A stretch of DNA of 62,612 nucleotides, counting the filler, from Candidatus Woesearchaeota archaeon CG1_02_57_44 (GTDB taxonomy: Archaea; Nanobdellota; Nanobdellia; Woesearchaeales; CG1-02-57-44), in NCBI GenBank assembly GCA_001871415.1. It is 5 parts of 5 records of this genome, joined end to end, with 100 filler letters (N's around TTAATTAATTAA, not from the genome) between each part and the next. Parts side by side here need not be neighbours in the genome. Positions count along the whole stretch, not along the records: positions 23,152 to 34,482 come from MNWW01000071.1; positions 34,583 to 51,663 come from MNWW01000045.1; 3 more parts are not named here. The stretch is one strand, 5' to 3'. Below are positions 27,465 to 37,566 of this stretch, in pieces. Made by a program: the position numbers and the translations under genes. Under the pieces are notes generated by a model. It saw only the letters and a list, made by a program, of their open reading frames with translations. It did no database searches and was not told the origin of the DNA. Positions within the stretch are counted from its first letter, which is position 1. The number at the start of each line of letters is the position of its first letter.

Positions 27465-29864
27465 CTAGCAGCACCCGCAGTTGCCTCTGCCGCCGCCCCT
27501 GCCACCGTTACCCGCGCCTGCCCCTGACTGCAGGAGCTTTCGCGCGAGGTCAAGCAACAGGTCACGTTCAGTCTTCGCTACCATCTGCCTGATGGCAGGA
27601 ACCGCGTCGATGTTCGCGCTGATGCTGCTGATGCCTCTACTCACAAGGAACTTGGCCATCTCCGGCCTGCTTCCTGCCTGGCCACAGATGCTGGTCTGCA
27701 CGCCATAGCGGTTGCACACGCGGATGACCTTGTCAACTTCGCCCAGAACAGCCGGATGCATCTCGTCAAAGAGCTTGGCAAGGCGCTCATTGTTGCGGTC
27801 AAGCCCCAGGGTCAGCTGCGTGAGGTCATTGGTGCCGAAGCTGATGAAGGTGATGCCTTCCTGACAGAGCTCCTCGATGACCCACACAGCAGCCGGCGTC
27901 TCGACCATGACACCGAAGTCGATGTCACGCAGCGGCTCAAGGCCCACTTCGCGCATCAGGTTCTTTGCCGCCTGCAGCTCATTGGTGCGGATGACGAAGG
28001 GCACCATGATGCCCACGTTCTTCATGCCCTGGTCGTGCAGGCGCTTGATGGCCGTGAACTCGGCTTTCAGAATCCTTGGTTCGTCAAGGCCTCGGCGGAT
28101 GGCGTGCCAGCCGATCATAGGATCAGTCTCATGTGGCTCCTGATCACCCCCCTTGAGCGCCCTGTACTCATCAGTCCTGATATCAGAGGTCCTGACCCAC
28201 ACGGGCTTGTCCTTGAATGCCTTGGCGATAGTGCCGATGCCGTCCATGAGCAGCTTGATGTAGTCCTCGTCGCGGTTCTCACGGATGTACTGCGCCGGAT
28301 GCACGCCTCCATCGGCAATCATGAACTCCATGCGCACCAGGCCTACACCGTCAGCGCCTGATTTGGCAGCACGCTCAGCGATGTCCGGAAGGTCGCAGAT
28401 GACCTTGACCTTGGTCGCGGTCTCCAGCGGAGCCGCCTGACTTGCGGCGCTGGTGATATGGTCGTGGTGATGCGCTATCTTGAGCTCGCCCGCATAGACA
28501 TGCCCGTGCGTCGCGTCCACCGTGATTATCTGCCCTTGCTTGAGCACCTGCGTCGCATGCTCTGTTCCCACGACACAGGGGATGCCCATCTCTCGCGAGA
28601 CGATCGCCGCGTGGCAGGTCATGCCCCCCTCATTGGTGACGATGCCCGCCGCGCGCTTCATGGCAGGGACCATGTCCGGATTAGTCATCTCGGTCACCAG
28701 GATGTCGCCCTTCTTGACCTTGTCGAGCTCCTCCGCTGTATGGATGATGGTCACCGGGCCAAAAGCGGCGCCAGGGCTTGCTGTCTGGCCGACAACCAGT
28801 ATCTTGCCGTTGGCGAGCTCTTCCTCTGCCTCCTTGGCGTCAGCGTCCGTATCCTGCTCGTCCTTCTTCTGCAGGGTGGTGATGGCGCGCGACTGCACGA
28901 TGAAGACCTTGCCGTCTTCCATTGCCCACTCGATATCCTGGGGCTTGCCGTAGTGCTCCTCGATGCGCTTTCCTATCCTCGCCACTTCCATGACAGTCTT
29001 ATCGTCGATTATCTGACGCTTCTTTCTGTCAGCGTCGATGTCGCGCTTGATGTTACCACCGTCAGGGCCGCGGATGAGCTCCCAATCCTGCTCGCGCACC
29101 ACAGCGCTCTTGATGGTCAGTGATTTCTTGTCCACCATGAAGGTGTTCGGGTTCACGCTGCCCGAGACAATGGTCTCGCCGAGGCCATAGACAGACTCGA
29201 CGACTATCTCGCTCGCGTCATTGGTCGCTGGATTGGCCGTGAACATGATGCCGGAGACCTCGGAATCCACCATCTTCTGCACCACGACCGCGATGAGCAC
29301 CTTGGACGTATCGAAGTCGTTCTTCTGGCGATAGTAGATGGCTCTTGCGGTGAAGAGCGATGCCCAGCATGCCTGGACATTATAGACAACATCCTGTGGA
29401 CCCTTGACGTTCAGGAACGTCGCCTGCTGACCGGCGAATGACGCCTCGGGCAGGTCCTCCGCCGTTGCGCTGGAACGGCACGCGACGAAGGGATACTCTG
29501 GAGAGAGCACTTCACCAGCGTTCGCACCTTTCTTGAGAGACATCGCCTCATAGAAATCGATAATCTCCTGCTTGATATCCTCTGGGCAAGGAGTGTTCTG
29601 TATCAGGTCCTGGATGGTCTTGGCGATATCCTGCAGTTGCGTCGTATTGTCCACATCCAATGGCTTGAGCATATCCAGGATCTTCTGGCGGATGCCTGTG
29701 CGGTCGATGAAATCGCCATAGCAGGGTGCTGTGACAATGAATCCTGGCGGGATCGGCAAATCGCCCTTGCTCATCTCTCCGAGGTTCGCGCCTTTGCCTC
29801 CTGCGACCGGGACGTCATCCTTGCCAATCTCATGGAACCATACAATGTGTTTAGTCATAACCAT
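27465..29864 (-). CDS. ppsA: phosphoenolpyruvate synthase
   Basis: GGKGANLGEM, RSSATAED, SFAGQ, GGMTCHAAIVSRE, SFGTNDLTQ, ICGQ. Confidence 0.96.
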   Translation of the reverse strand: MVMTKHIVWFHEIGKDDVPVAGGKGANLGEMSKGDLPIPPGFIVTAPCYGDFIDRTGIRQKILDMLKPLDVDNTTQLQDIAKTIQDLIQNTPCPEDIKQEIIDFYEAMSLKKGANAGEVLSPEYPFVACRSSATAEDLPEASFAGQQATFLNVKGPQDVVYNVQACWASLFTARAIYYRQKNDFDTSKVLIAVVVQKMVDSEVSGIMFTANPATNDASEIVVESVYGLGETIVSGSVNPNTFMVDKKSLTIKSAVVREQDWELIRGPDGGNIKRDIDADRKKRQIIDDKTVMEVARIGKRIEEHYGKPQDIEWAMEDGKVFIVQSRAITTLQKKDEQDTDADAKEAEEELANGKILVVGQTASPGAAFGPVTIIHTAEELDKVKKGDILVTEMTNPDMVPAMKRAAGIVTNEGGMTCHAAIVSREMGIPCVVGTEHATQVLKQGQIITVDATHGHVYAGELKIAHHHDHITSAASQAAPLETATKVKVICDLPDIAERAAKSGADGVGLVRMEFMIADGGVHPAQYIRENRDEDYIKLLMDGIGTIAKAFKDKPVWVRTSDIRTDEYRALKGGDQEPHETDPMIGWHAIRRGLDEPRILKAEFTAIKRLHDQGMKNVGIMVPFVIRTNELQAAKNLMREVGLEPLRDIDFGVMVETPAAVWVIEELCQEGITFISFGTNDLTQLTLGLDRNNERLAKLFDEMHPAVLGEVDKVIRVCNRYGVQTSICGQAGSRPEMAKFLVSRGISSISANIDAVPAIRQMVAKTERDLLLDLARKLLQSGAGAGNGGRGGGRGNCGCC

Positions 29865-30081
29865 ACACCTCTTTTTGCTCTTTTTCTGGAACAGACAGTA
29901 ATGAAAAACCTTCGTTATCCGAGTATTTAAAGGTTTTGGATTACCACACTTGAACGAGACTGGAATAGCGCCTGAGAAGCACTTTCTCTCACGGCCTGAT
30001 TGAAAGCACTATCTGAAGGCACTATCGCCATCTGAAAGGGCTATCGAGATCCATGGTCCGAGGTCCTGCATCACTGCGCGC

Positions 30082-31062
30082 CTACAAGGCGCTTGTCCTG
30101 ACAGGAATATTACGCAACGCGGCCATGAGCTGGCGGCGGTTGAGAAGCAGCTCCTTTGCGCCCTTATGCTGGATGACAGACTGCGCATTGGCTGTGCCCC
30201 ATTGCATGGCGGTCGGGATGGGCTTTGCGAGCAGGCGGGCAGCAGTGAAGGTCGCTGCGAAGGCATCGCCTGCGCCTGTCGCTTCCACGACTTTGACGTT
30301 CTTGCTGGCCTTACATTTCCAGAAGGACTTGCCGTCATATGCGTAGGATCCTGCCTTGCCGTCCGTGATGCAGACTGCGCTGTGGTCCAGCGCATGCAGG
30401 CGCGTCAGGAGGTCCTTGACAGGACCATCGCCCACCAGGAGCGCGGCTTCTTCCTTGTTGAGGATAAGGTTAGTGGTAGCGTCCAGGACCTTGCTGATGT
30501 GTTTGGTGCCCAGTTTGGCTAGATAGCTGCTGGGATTGAAGGTCATGGGAATAGCTTTCTTTTTCGCGTAGGCGGCCACCGCCTCCATGCCCTTCCAGGA
30601 GTCGCCCATCATGGAGGCGAAATAGAAATGACGCGCCCTGAGCTTTTTCGTGTCGATGAGCCCTGGCAAGAGATAGTCATTGCAACCCTTGAAGGTCAGG
30701 ATAGTACGGTCCCCTTCCAGACTGTCGAGGATGACGCTGTAGCCGGTCTTTCGTGTCTTACTGACCGCACCCAGGACATCAATGCCTTCCTGCTTGAGTA
30801 TCCGTCGGACCAGATGCCCGTGCTCATCATCACCAAGCATACCAAGCCATCCGACCTTGAGGCCCAGGCGCGCGAATGCGACAGCACAGTTGGTGCCTCC
30901 ACCGCCCACGGTGAAGACCAGGTCCTGGATGATAAGCTTGGTTCCCAGCGGATAGGCGATGAGCGTATCGGTATGTTCTGGCGTGGTTATCTTGATGAGC
31001 TCGGATTCGACGGTGAGACGCACGTCGACGGTCGCGCTGCCCATGGTGATGACATCATACAT
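30082..31062 (-). CDS. PfkB-family carbohydrate kinase
   Basis: GGGGTN.AV..ARLG, NKEE, TGAGDAF. Confidence 0.92.
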   Translation of the reverse strand: MYDVITMGSATVDVRLTVESELIKITTPEHTDTLIAYPLGTKLIIQDLVFTVGGGGTNCAVAFARLGLKVGWLGMLGDDEHGHLVRRILKQEGIDVLGAVSKTRKTGYSVILDSLEGDRTILTFKGCNDYLLPGLIDTKKLRARHFYFASMMGDSWKGMEAVAAYAKKKAIPMTFNPSSYLAKLGTKHISKVLDATTNLILNKEEAALLVGDGPVKDLLTRLHALDHSAVCITDGKAGSYAYDGKSFWKCKASKNVKVVEATGAGDAFAATFTAARLLAKPIPTAMQWGTANAQSVIQHKGAKELLLNRRQLMAALRNIPVRTSAL

Positions 31063-31206
31063 GGCTCATTTTCGGGCCATGGGATATAAAAAGGTTTTGT
31101 GCCGGGAGCCTGCCTGGACGCACGGGCATGTCCGGCCTGCACGATGCGCGCGTCCAAATCGAACAGCCCCAGAAGCGACCCTGCCTGGCAGTCCGATGCA
31201 GCGCCC

Positions 31207-32115
31207 TTAATGCACATTGCGCTCTATCGCCAACACCTGTTGATTAATCTTCTGCGCCACGTCTTGCTGCACTACCCGAAGAGCCTGCGCCAACTCACTA
31301 GGGATTATGCCGGGGTCATAACCCTTATCCTCCAGGTGCTCCTGCCGAGGGTCTCGGTTGTAGTCAACAGCCTCGGCCAAGTAGTCACTGAGGCTTGGCC
31401 GCTGCGAATAGTCACGAAGGCCTGTCTCCCACCTCCTTTCGCATCCCGCGACAATCACGCCTGCATTCCTGCCGATGACAGGCAGGAGCGAAATAAGCTG
31501 AGGGCCTACCTCGAACGCAAGAGCATGCTTGATATTTCCTGCCTCATAGCCAAATCTTCCATCAACAGGATCACGCCTCTTCCTTGCTCTCGTCCGCGCC
31601 TCTTCCACTGTAAGATCCAGATGAAGGGCATCAATCTTGAAGGGCGCGCTGCCGTAGGTTAAGGTCGTGACCAGATATTCGACAGTCTTGAGCCCAACTC
31701 TTGATTCCCTGCCTGACGCCAAGGATATTGATCCGCGTATCCCCCGGGGATTACCTACCACCTGATCATAGACCGACCTCATAATGGAATCTGCCTGGTC
31801 TAAGAGCATCTGCTGACCCAGCGCGACAGGGCGGTCGGATGATAGCGCGACTTCGATGGCGCGCGCCACGTCTTCAGGGCTATCACCAGTGACCTCGTTT
31901 GCCAACTCCACCAAGGCCTGAAGATTACTTGCATCAGGACCGTCCGTAGGATCCGAAAGAGCTCTCAACGCCCTTGCCATCTCATCCTCTGTAAGCTCTA
32001 TGCCATCGTACTGGCGGAGAACATCATCAAAGGTAAGGGGCTGGCGCATCTGACCATCTGGGTGACCAGCGTCAAGATCTGAGCTTGCCATGCACACCAG
32101 CGAACAATCACCCAT
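31207..32115 (-). CDS. hypothetical protein
   Basis: 302-aa ORF with an AT-rich upstream region; no motif recognised; start uncertain. Confidence 0.6.
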   Translation of the reverse strand: MGDCSLVCMASSDLDAGHPDGQMRQPLTFDDVLRQYDGIELTEDEMARALRALSDPTDGPDASNLQALVELANEVTGDSPEDVARAIEVALSSDRPVALGQQMLLDQADSIMRSVYDQVVGNPRGIRGSISLASGRESRVGLKTVEYLVTTLTYGSAPFKIDALHLDLTVEEARTRARKRRDPVDGRFGYEAGNIKHALAFEVGPQLISLLPVIGRNAGVIVAGCERRWETGLRDYSQRPSLSDYLAEAVDYNRDPRQEHLEDKGYDPGIIPSELAQALRVVQQDVAQKINQQVLAIERNVH

Positions 32116-32210
32116 ATATAAAGATATCTAATGTTTACCACTATATAATGGTAATTTACCAGAAGGATACTATGATGGAAGGCCCATAGAATAAACGACC
32201 AGGATCGCCT

Positions 32211-32549
32211 CTAATGGAACACCATGGGCTCAGAGACAAAGCGCAGCTCGAGATTGTATCTGACCGTGTCGAATCGCGTCCATCGCTCCAGCGTGAACTC
32301 CAGCTGACCCGGGATACTGAGGTAGAAACCATCATCCCCCCTGCGCAGCAGCCCGACATCGGCCATTCTGCGCATGATGGCACGGTAACAGGCATGAACC
32401 GCCTGCTCCCCCGGAGAGATAGGGATACCCCCACCCGGGCTGATGAGCATGTCAAGGTAACAGTCCAGCTCGTGATGACATTCCCTATAAGGGGCATACT
32501 CGGGAAACGTCGTGCTGACGCTCAGCTCGTAATTGCTCACTTGCCACAC
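32211..32549 (-). CDS. hypothetical protein
   Basis: 112-aa ORF overlapping the upstream Cys-rich gene; start uncertain. Confidence 0.5.
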   Translation of the reverse strand: MWQVSNYELSVSTTFPEYAPYRECHHELDCYLDMLISPGGGIPISPGEQAVHACYRAIMRRMADVGLLRRGDDGFYLSIPGQLEFTLERWTRFDTVRYNLELRFVSEPMVFH

Positions 32550-32827
32550 CTCAGTACTGCCCCGACATCAATGCCGGCGTCTTCAGCTGACCCTCGCAGC
32601 AAGGTATATAGATCCGTCTCGCCGAACCGCTCACAATGGTAGCGCGAGCAGATGCTCGGGCGGCCGTGCTCATAGACCGTGCAGAGCGCGTCAGGTCCAA
32701 GCTGTGGGCAGGCCCAGACCTGCTCGCCCGTGTCAAGCACTAATGGCTTTGACACATGGGTCTCTGGATGAACGCCGCAGCAGTAGCTGAGCTTGACATC
32801 AACCGGACAGTCGAGGCAGATTTCCAT
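32537..32827 (-). CDS. YkgJ-like cysteine-cluster protein
   Basis: CxxC-x8-CC ... CPxL ... CxxY..RPxxC; TTTATAAA box about 22 nt upstream. Confidence 0.7.
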   Translation of the reverse strand: MEICLDCPVDVKLSYCCGVHPETHVSKPLVLDTGEQVWACPQLGPDALCTVYEHGRPSICSRYHCERFGETDLYTLLRGSAEDAGIDVGAVLRCGK

Positions 32828-32916
32828 GAGGTGCGCAATCACTGCCGAATTTATAAAACTGAAGGACAGATAGCAGAAGTATTGACCAGCAGACCAGCTG
32901 GCTCGCGCGCACTATG

Positions 32917-33780
32917 TCACTTCATCAGCGCGCCCATCTCCCTGTTGACTGTTAGCAGGACCGCGTTGCGCAGGTCCTCATCGCTGATAGGGATAGGGTA
33001 TGTCACTTTCAGGAACCAACCATTGTCCAGGTCAAGGCGCACCAGCACATCCTTGTCAGAGCCCACCAGCTTACCGATAGCCTGGTCAAGGCGCTTGATG
33101 CGCGCCTGTATATCCTTGGGCAAACGCTTCAGAGGCATCCTGATGGTGCGCAGCAGCTTGCCCTTGCCGCTGTTGAGCAATGACTTGCTGAGGATGAAGG
33201 TATTAGGTATCTTGACATACGCCCTTGATCCAGTGGACGTGCGGAGTGTGAAGAAGAAGGTGCCGATGCTGATGACCTCGCCCTCGTCATCGCCGATGCG
33301 CACCCCATCGCCTATCTGCAGCGGCTTCTTTGTCAGGATGAGCAGCCACGCGAAAAAACCCATGATGACATCGCGGATGGCAAAAGCGATGCCCGTCGTG
33401 ATCAGTCCGACAAAGAGCGTCAGGTTGGAGAAACCGACACCCAGCCGCCATAGTATCACCGCGACGCCAAGGGTGTAGAGCAGCAGCTCATAGAACTTGC
33501 TGAGCAGGATCTTCTGTTCAATGGGCAATTGCGTCTGCAAAAACCCCTCCAGGCGCGCCAGGGTGAAGCGCAACAGCACGGTTATCGCCAGGATGGTGAA
33601 GAAGACGAACACGAAGAAGTCTGTGACGCGCACCACTGGCGCCGGGACAGCAATGACCCCATGACCCTGCATCCAGGAGAACGCGTACGCGGCTGTCGCC
33701 AGGAGCAGCAGGACCAGGATACGCAGGTGCAGCTTGCGCTTCTCAGAGGACAGATTCAGTCTGAAGGGCCTGATGACCAT
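32917..33780 (-). CDS. small-conductance mechanosensitive channel (MscS family)
   Basis: TM helices then GIAFA.RD...., KPLQIGD.V.IG...GEV..IG, IPN. Confidence 0.88.
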   Translation of the reverse strand: MVIRPFRLNLSSEKRKLHLRILVLLLLATAAYAFSWMQGHGVIAVPAPVVRVTDFFVFVFFTILAITVLLRFTLARLEGFLQTQLPIEQKILLSKFYELLLYTLGVAVILWRLGVGFSNLTLFVGLITTGIAFAIRDVIMGFFAWLLILTKKPLQIGDGVRIGDDEGEVISIGTFFFTLRTSTGSRAYVKIPNTFILSKSLLNSGKGKLLRTIRMPLKRLPKDIQARIKRLDQAIGKLVGSDKDVLVRLDLDNGWFLKVTYPIPISDEDLRNAVLLTVNREMGALMK

Positions 33781-33854
33781 ACGAACATCGGACACCCGCG
33801 AGCATATTAATGTTGCGATGCCACATGCCACGGCAGGGTCCTGTCACCGGACAA

Positions 33855-34172
33855 CTAGGGGGACAATTCCAGCATGCATGTCGCATTGACACATGCGGGC
33901 GTTCCCGCGAAGAGACAGCGCTTGCATTGGACAAACGAGCCCAGACCCTGGAAGAAGGGGCAGAAGGGTTTATAGTCCTTGTTCGCCGGAACGCCGCAGT
34001 CACACACATCACAGGAAGTGGGCCGCATCGCACAGTCAGCAGCGCTGCTGCAGGAGACTCCTGGAGCGCTGGTAATCACATGACTAAGTGGTTGATTGAG
34101 CGGGGCGAAGACCCCTGCAAGATTCAGCATTACCAAGACAAACAGCACCAGAATGGCCCAGTACCATCGCAT
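33855..34172 (-). CDS. small secreted or anchored Cys-rich protein
   Basis: N-terminal hydrophobic helix; ten Cys in CxxxxDC...C..CDC...C...CxxC...C...C. Confidence 0.7.
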   Translation of the reverse strand: MRWYWAILVLFVLVMLNLAGVFAPLNQPLSHVITSAPGVSCSSAADCAMRPTSCDVCDCGVPANKDYKPFCPFFQGLGSFVQCKRCLFAGTPACVNATCMLELSP

Positions 34173-34280
34173 GCGACAGAGGGATGCGCAATACTATATA
34201 ATAATAGAGATACCCGCAGAGAGCATTGTGTGATTTTAGTCAACAACGCGAAGCCGCATGACCTTTGATCCCAGACCCAC

Positions 34281-34481
34281 TCACAACCCATCCAGCACGT
34301 CATGCGCGTCCCTGTCCTGCAATGCTTCTGTGATGCGCGGCTGCAGCAACCGCAGACGCTCGGCCTCCCTCTGCGGATCCTCGATGCGCGCCAGACGGTT
34401 CGCTTCAATAAGACCGAAGGGATATCCGAGGAAGACCGGGTCTGTCGCGTTCTGCGCGAGGGAGATACAAAGGTCTGAAAT
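34281..34481 (-). CDS. NurA-like nuclease, C-terminal fragment
   Basis: Manual translation ...DPVFLGYPFGLIEANRLARI...AHDVLDGL* resembles the NurA GYPxxLxxAxxxAxI motif; absent from the ORF track. Confidence 0.7.
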   Translation of the reverse strand: MSDLCISLAQNATDPVFLGYPFGLIEANRLARIEDPQREAERLRLLQPRITEALQDRDAHDVLDGL

Positions 34482-34482
34482 C

Positions 34483-34582
34483 NNNNNNNNNNNNNNNNNN
34501 NNNNNNNNNNNNNNNNNNNNNNNNNNTTAATTAATTAANNNNNNNNNNNNNNNNNNNNNNNNNNNNNNNNNNNNNNNNNNNN
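34483..34582. other. artificial contig linker
   Basis: N + TTAATTAATTAA + N. Confidence 0.98.
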
Positions 34583-34798
34583 AACAACAGGGGTAATCTT
34601 GTAATGGATGACATGAGTCCTGCGGGAATAATCCCGCAAATCCCAACCCCCAATATCCAAGCGTTGTGACCAACGCTTAAGCGTCCTAACGGACGCTTCA
34701 AACAAAAAAATTGCTTTAAGAATACGCTGACAGGCAGCATAACTGTGGCCAGCAAGCCTGAGTTTAAAGAATTCCCGACGCACAAGCTCTTTCTCCAT
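34583..34798 (-). CDS. transposase N-terminal HTH fragment
   Basis: SVRTLKRW..R....G...LRDYSRR resembles the IS481/IS630 HTH region. Confidence 0.75.
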
Positions 34799-34871
34799 AA
34801 GGACACCACCCCAACAATGTCCTCAAAAGCCAGAAATTTAAGGATAGTGACATATGTCATGGCCCAGCACA
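34583..34871 (-). mobile_element. left end of an IS481-like insertion sequence, truncated by gap
   Basis: Minus strand starts TGTGCTGGGCCATGAC (TGT terminus) and runs into a transposase-like HTH ORF; located at a contig break. Confidence 0.7.
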
Positions 34872-35311
34872 TTCAGTTATGTGCTTTGAGATGTGGGATT
34901 AGAAGTAAATTATAACTAATTATAAGTAGTTGGAAGTAATGTTACTGCTCTTGAGTTCATTGGTCTGAACAACAGGAGTAAGACCCTTAAACTCAAACTA
35001 CTGGCTTGACTGCACGCTTCAATTAATGCAATTTAGACTGTCGGCATCAAAATATCACTACTAAATGTTTGACTGTTAGAATCAAAGAAAAATCAAATTG
35101 AGGCAGTTGGCCCCCCACTTCAAGAACAACCTATCTGAACAGCCGAGAATGAATATCTTTTAATTGAACAGGACGGTGTCGGTACGGCTCTGTGCTGGCG
35201 GTCTTGCCGGCAGCGAAGGCCACGCGCAGGCGTCATCTGTCTGTATGGGCGCGGAGATGATGACGACAATGAGAATAATCACTCTGCTGGTGCGTTCTCC
35301 GGGAGAAGGTC

Positions 35312-36091
35312 TCAGCTGCTGCTGACCTGGTCGCCCGTGTCAGTGAAGACAAGGTCATTGCCTGCCCTGGTGATTGTGAACGCGCGTGCTCTGGCAGAAA
35401 GGCCACCGCCCATGGACCCCCAGGTGTCGCCGACCAGGGCGAGCACTTTCTCTTTCTCACGCCTGCCGCTGTTTTGTTCTGTGTAGGAGCCTCCTCCCGG
35501 GTATGATGCGCCGGTGTTCTTGTCCACATGCCGCGCGACTATGCGCTGGATGCCGGGGAGGGCGAGGCATTGCCTGGCCACAGCGAGGCCTTCGCACGCG
35601 GTATTGAATGGCTTCACGTTCTTGCACAGGCACAGGCAGGCGTCCGCAGCGCAGCTCGAAGGTCGCACAAAGGTCTCCCAATCAAGGCCGAACCATCCTT
35701 GGGTGAAGCGTGCCTCTTCGATGCCCTTGGAGAATCCAACCAACGCCAGCTTCTCGTCCAGGTAGAAGGGTGAATCGATGCTCTCGCCGTCATGGCCTGA
35801 GCCCAGCAGGTAGCTCTCGATATCTGCGGTCATGCCATCGAAACTCTCTACAGTGCCCTCAGCAGTGCCGTGATTGAAGAATATGCCTGCCAGGCGGGCG
35901 ATGCCTGCGAAGATGAAGACTAATAGGCCTAACGCGATGATGGCGCTGACAAGATTATTACCTATCAGATCGATGCCGCCTCTTTTCTGTTGCCGCGATT
36001 CGCCATGGACCCTGGACGCTCGCAGGATAGCATCTGTCGTACGCTGGCAAGAACATCGAAGATACGGTACTTTGCCCCTTGCTGCGACCAT
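35312..36091 (-). CDS. pilin-like surface protein with putative class III signal peptide
   Basis: KRG followed by a hydrophobic helix; Cys-rich CxxxxCLCLC region; TTTAAATA box upstream of ATG 36091. Confidence 0.6.
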   Translation of the reverse strand: MVAARGKVPYLRCSCQRTTDAILRASRVHGESRQQKRGGIDLIGNNLVSAIIALGLLVFIFAGIARLAGIFFNHGTAEGTVESFDGMTADIESYLLGSGHDGESIDSPFYLDEKLALVGFSKGIEEARFTQGWFGLDWETFVRPSSCAADACLCLCKNVKPFNTACEGLAVARQCLALPGIQRIVARHVDKNTGASYPGGGSYTEQNSGRREKEKVLALVGDTWGSMGGGLSARARAFTITRAGNDLVFTDTGDQVSSS

Positions 36092-36196
36092 GAGCCATTC
36101 AAGGGCCCTGCATTATTTAAACCATTCGGCGCGATTGGCAATACATTCGACCATGTCATGCCAGCATAATTAAACCCGCGCGTCTTTCCCTGCCAC

Positions 36197-36973
36197 ATGA
36201 ACCGTCTTTCCTGCTGCCCGGTAATCGACCAGCTCTTTGGCGGCGGTATCGAGTCCGGTGTGTTGACGACGGTCTATGGCCCGCCCGCGTCAGGCAAGTC
36301 GACCTTGTGCATGCACGCGTGCGTGAGCGCGTTGCGGGAAGGCAAAGTGGTCTATATCGATACAGAAGGTAATTTCTCTCCAGAGCGCTTCAGCCAGGTA
36401 GGCGGGAGCGCCGACCCCGCGGTGATGGACAAGCTCCTGCTGCTCCGCCCGGCGAGCATGGAAGACCAGGCAGCTGCCATAACCAGCATCCTGGGCATGT
36501 CACCAGGGCGTATCGCCTTGGTGATAGTCGACAGCATCGTCATGCCCTATCGCGTGGAACTGACAAGGGAGCGCGAGCATGGCACGGGCTTGTACCGCGC
36601 GCTGGGCAAGATGGTCTATAATCTTGGATTGCTCGCAGCGAGGCGCGATATCCCAGTGCTGGCGACAAGCCAGGTCTACGAGGACTTCTCTACAGGAAAG
36701 GATGTCGTGGTGGGAGGCGATGTCATCCGATTCGGCAGCAAGGCGCTCCTGGAGCTGCGGCGTGACGACGCCGGTGATAGGACCGCGTTGCTGCGCAAGC
36801 ATCGCTCATTGCCTGAGCGGCAGGTGCGATTCAGGATTGCTGCTGGTGGCATGGAGGGCATATATGAGACCGCAGCGTCACAGGGTACGCCCGCGGCAGA
36901 GGGTCAGGAGTCTGTGGTGACCCCTGATGCGCGCCCTGAATCGGGCAAGGATAGGGAAGAACTGGATTTATAG
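36197..36973 (+). CDS. radB: DNA repair and recombination protein RadB
   Basis: RecA fold without N-terminal domain, GPPASGKS, YIDTE, RadB-diagnostic KHR motif. Confidence 0.92.
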   Translation: MNRLSCCPVIDQLFGGGIESGVLTTVYGPPASGKSTLCMHACVSALREGKVVYIDTEGNFSPERFSQVGGSADPAVMDKLLLLRPASMEDQAAAITSILGMSPGRIALVIVDSIVMPYRVELTREREHGTGLYRALGKMVYNLGLLAARRDIPVLATSQVYEDFSTGKDVVVGGDVIRFGSKALLELRRDDAGDRTALLRKHRSLPERQVRFRIAAGGMEGIYETAASQGTPAAEGQESVVTPDARPESGKDREELDL

Positions 36974-36996
36974 ATTGATGGGACCAACGAGGCTGT

Positions 36997-37566
36997 TCAC
37001 GGTATCCTGTTGAGCTGGCGCATCAGGTAGTTGTCGTCAGGTGAGCGCATGCGCTGGATGCCACCGGGAGCCTCATCAGGCACTTGCTCCTCGGCAACAC
37101 TCGGAGCTGTCGCCGCGGTGGTGGCCGGCGGCTTGGGCGCGCTGACAACGCGCTTCTTGCCGATGAGCAGACATTCGCTCTTGATTTTTTTCTGTGCCTC
37201 GTCCATGTCCTCCGGCGGCAGCTGCTTCGGGGGCCAGCGGAAGTCAAGGCCATCGCCCTCTTTGCGCGGAAGAACAGTGACGCTGAATGTCTCTGCGAGC
37301 GCGGCGTCGGTCGCTATGATATTGGTGCCGCCAGCGCCAAGCGTCTCAAAGAGCGCGGTCGCCGCGAGATTCGCGATAGTGTAGATGTGGATGATGTCCT
37401 CGCGTGGCAGATCAGCGCCCTTGCCCGTGTCGGTCGGAGGCGTGATAGTGACCTGTCCTATGGCAGCGGCGTGGTTGGTTCCTCGGACAACAGCCTTCTC
37501 ATCCTGATACAGGATGGCGATGTCCGCGCTGGCAGAGGATTTAGAAGAGGTCTGCGATGTCATCAA
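36997..37566 (-). CDS. degenerate HIT-like protein
   Basis: ILYQDE, GQV.I.P, GTNII and VLPRKEGDGL parallel the HIT fold, but all triad histidines are absent. Confidence 0.7.
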   Translation of the reverse strand: MMTSQTSSKSSASADIAILYQDEKAVVRGTNHAAAIGQVTITPPTDTGKGADLPREDIIHIYTIANLAATALFETLGAGGTNIIATDAALAETFSVTVLPRKEGDGLDFRWPPKQLPPEDMDEAQKKIKSECLLIGKKRVVSAPKPPATTAATAPSVAEEQVPDEAPGGIQRMRSPDDNYLMRQLNRIP

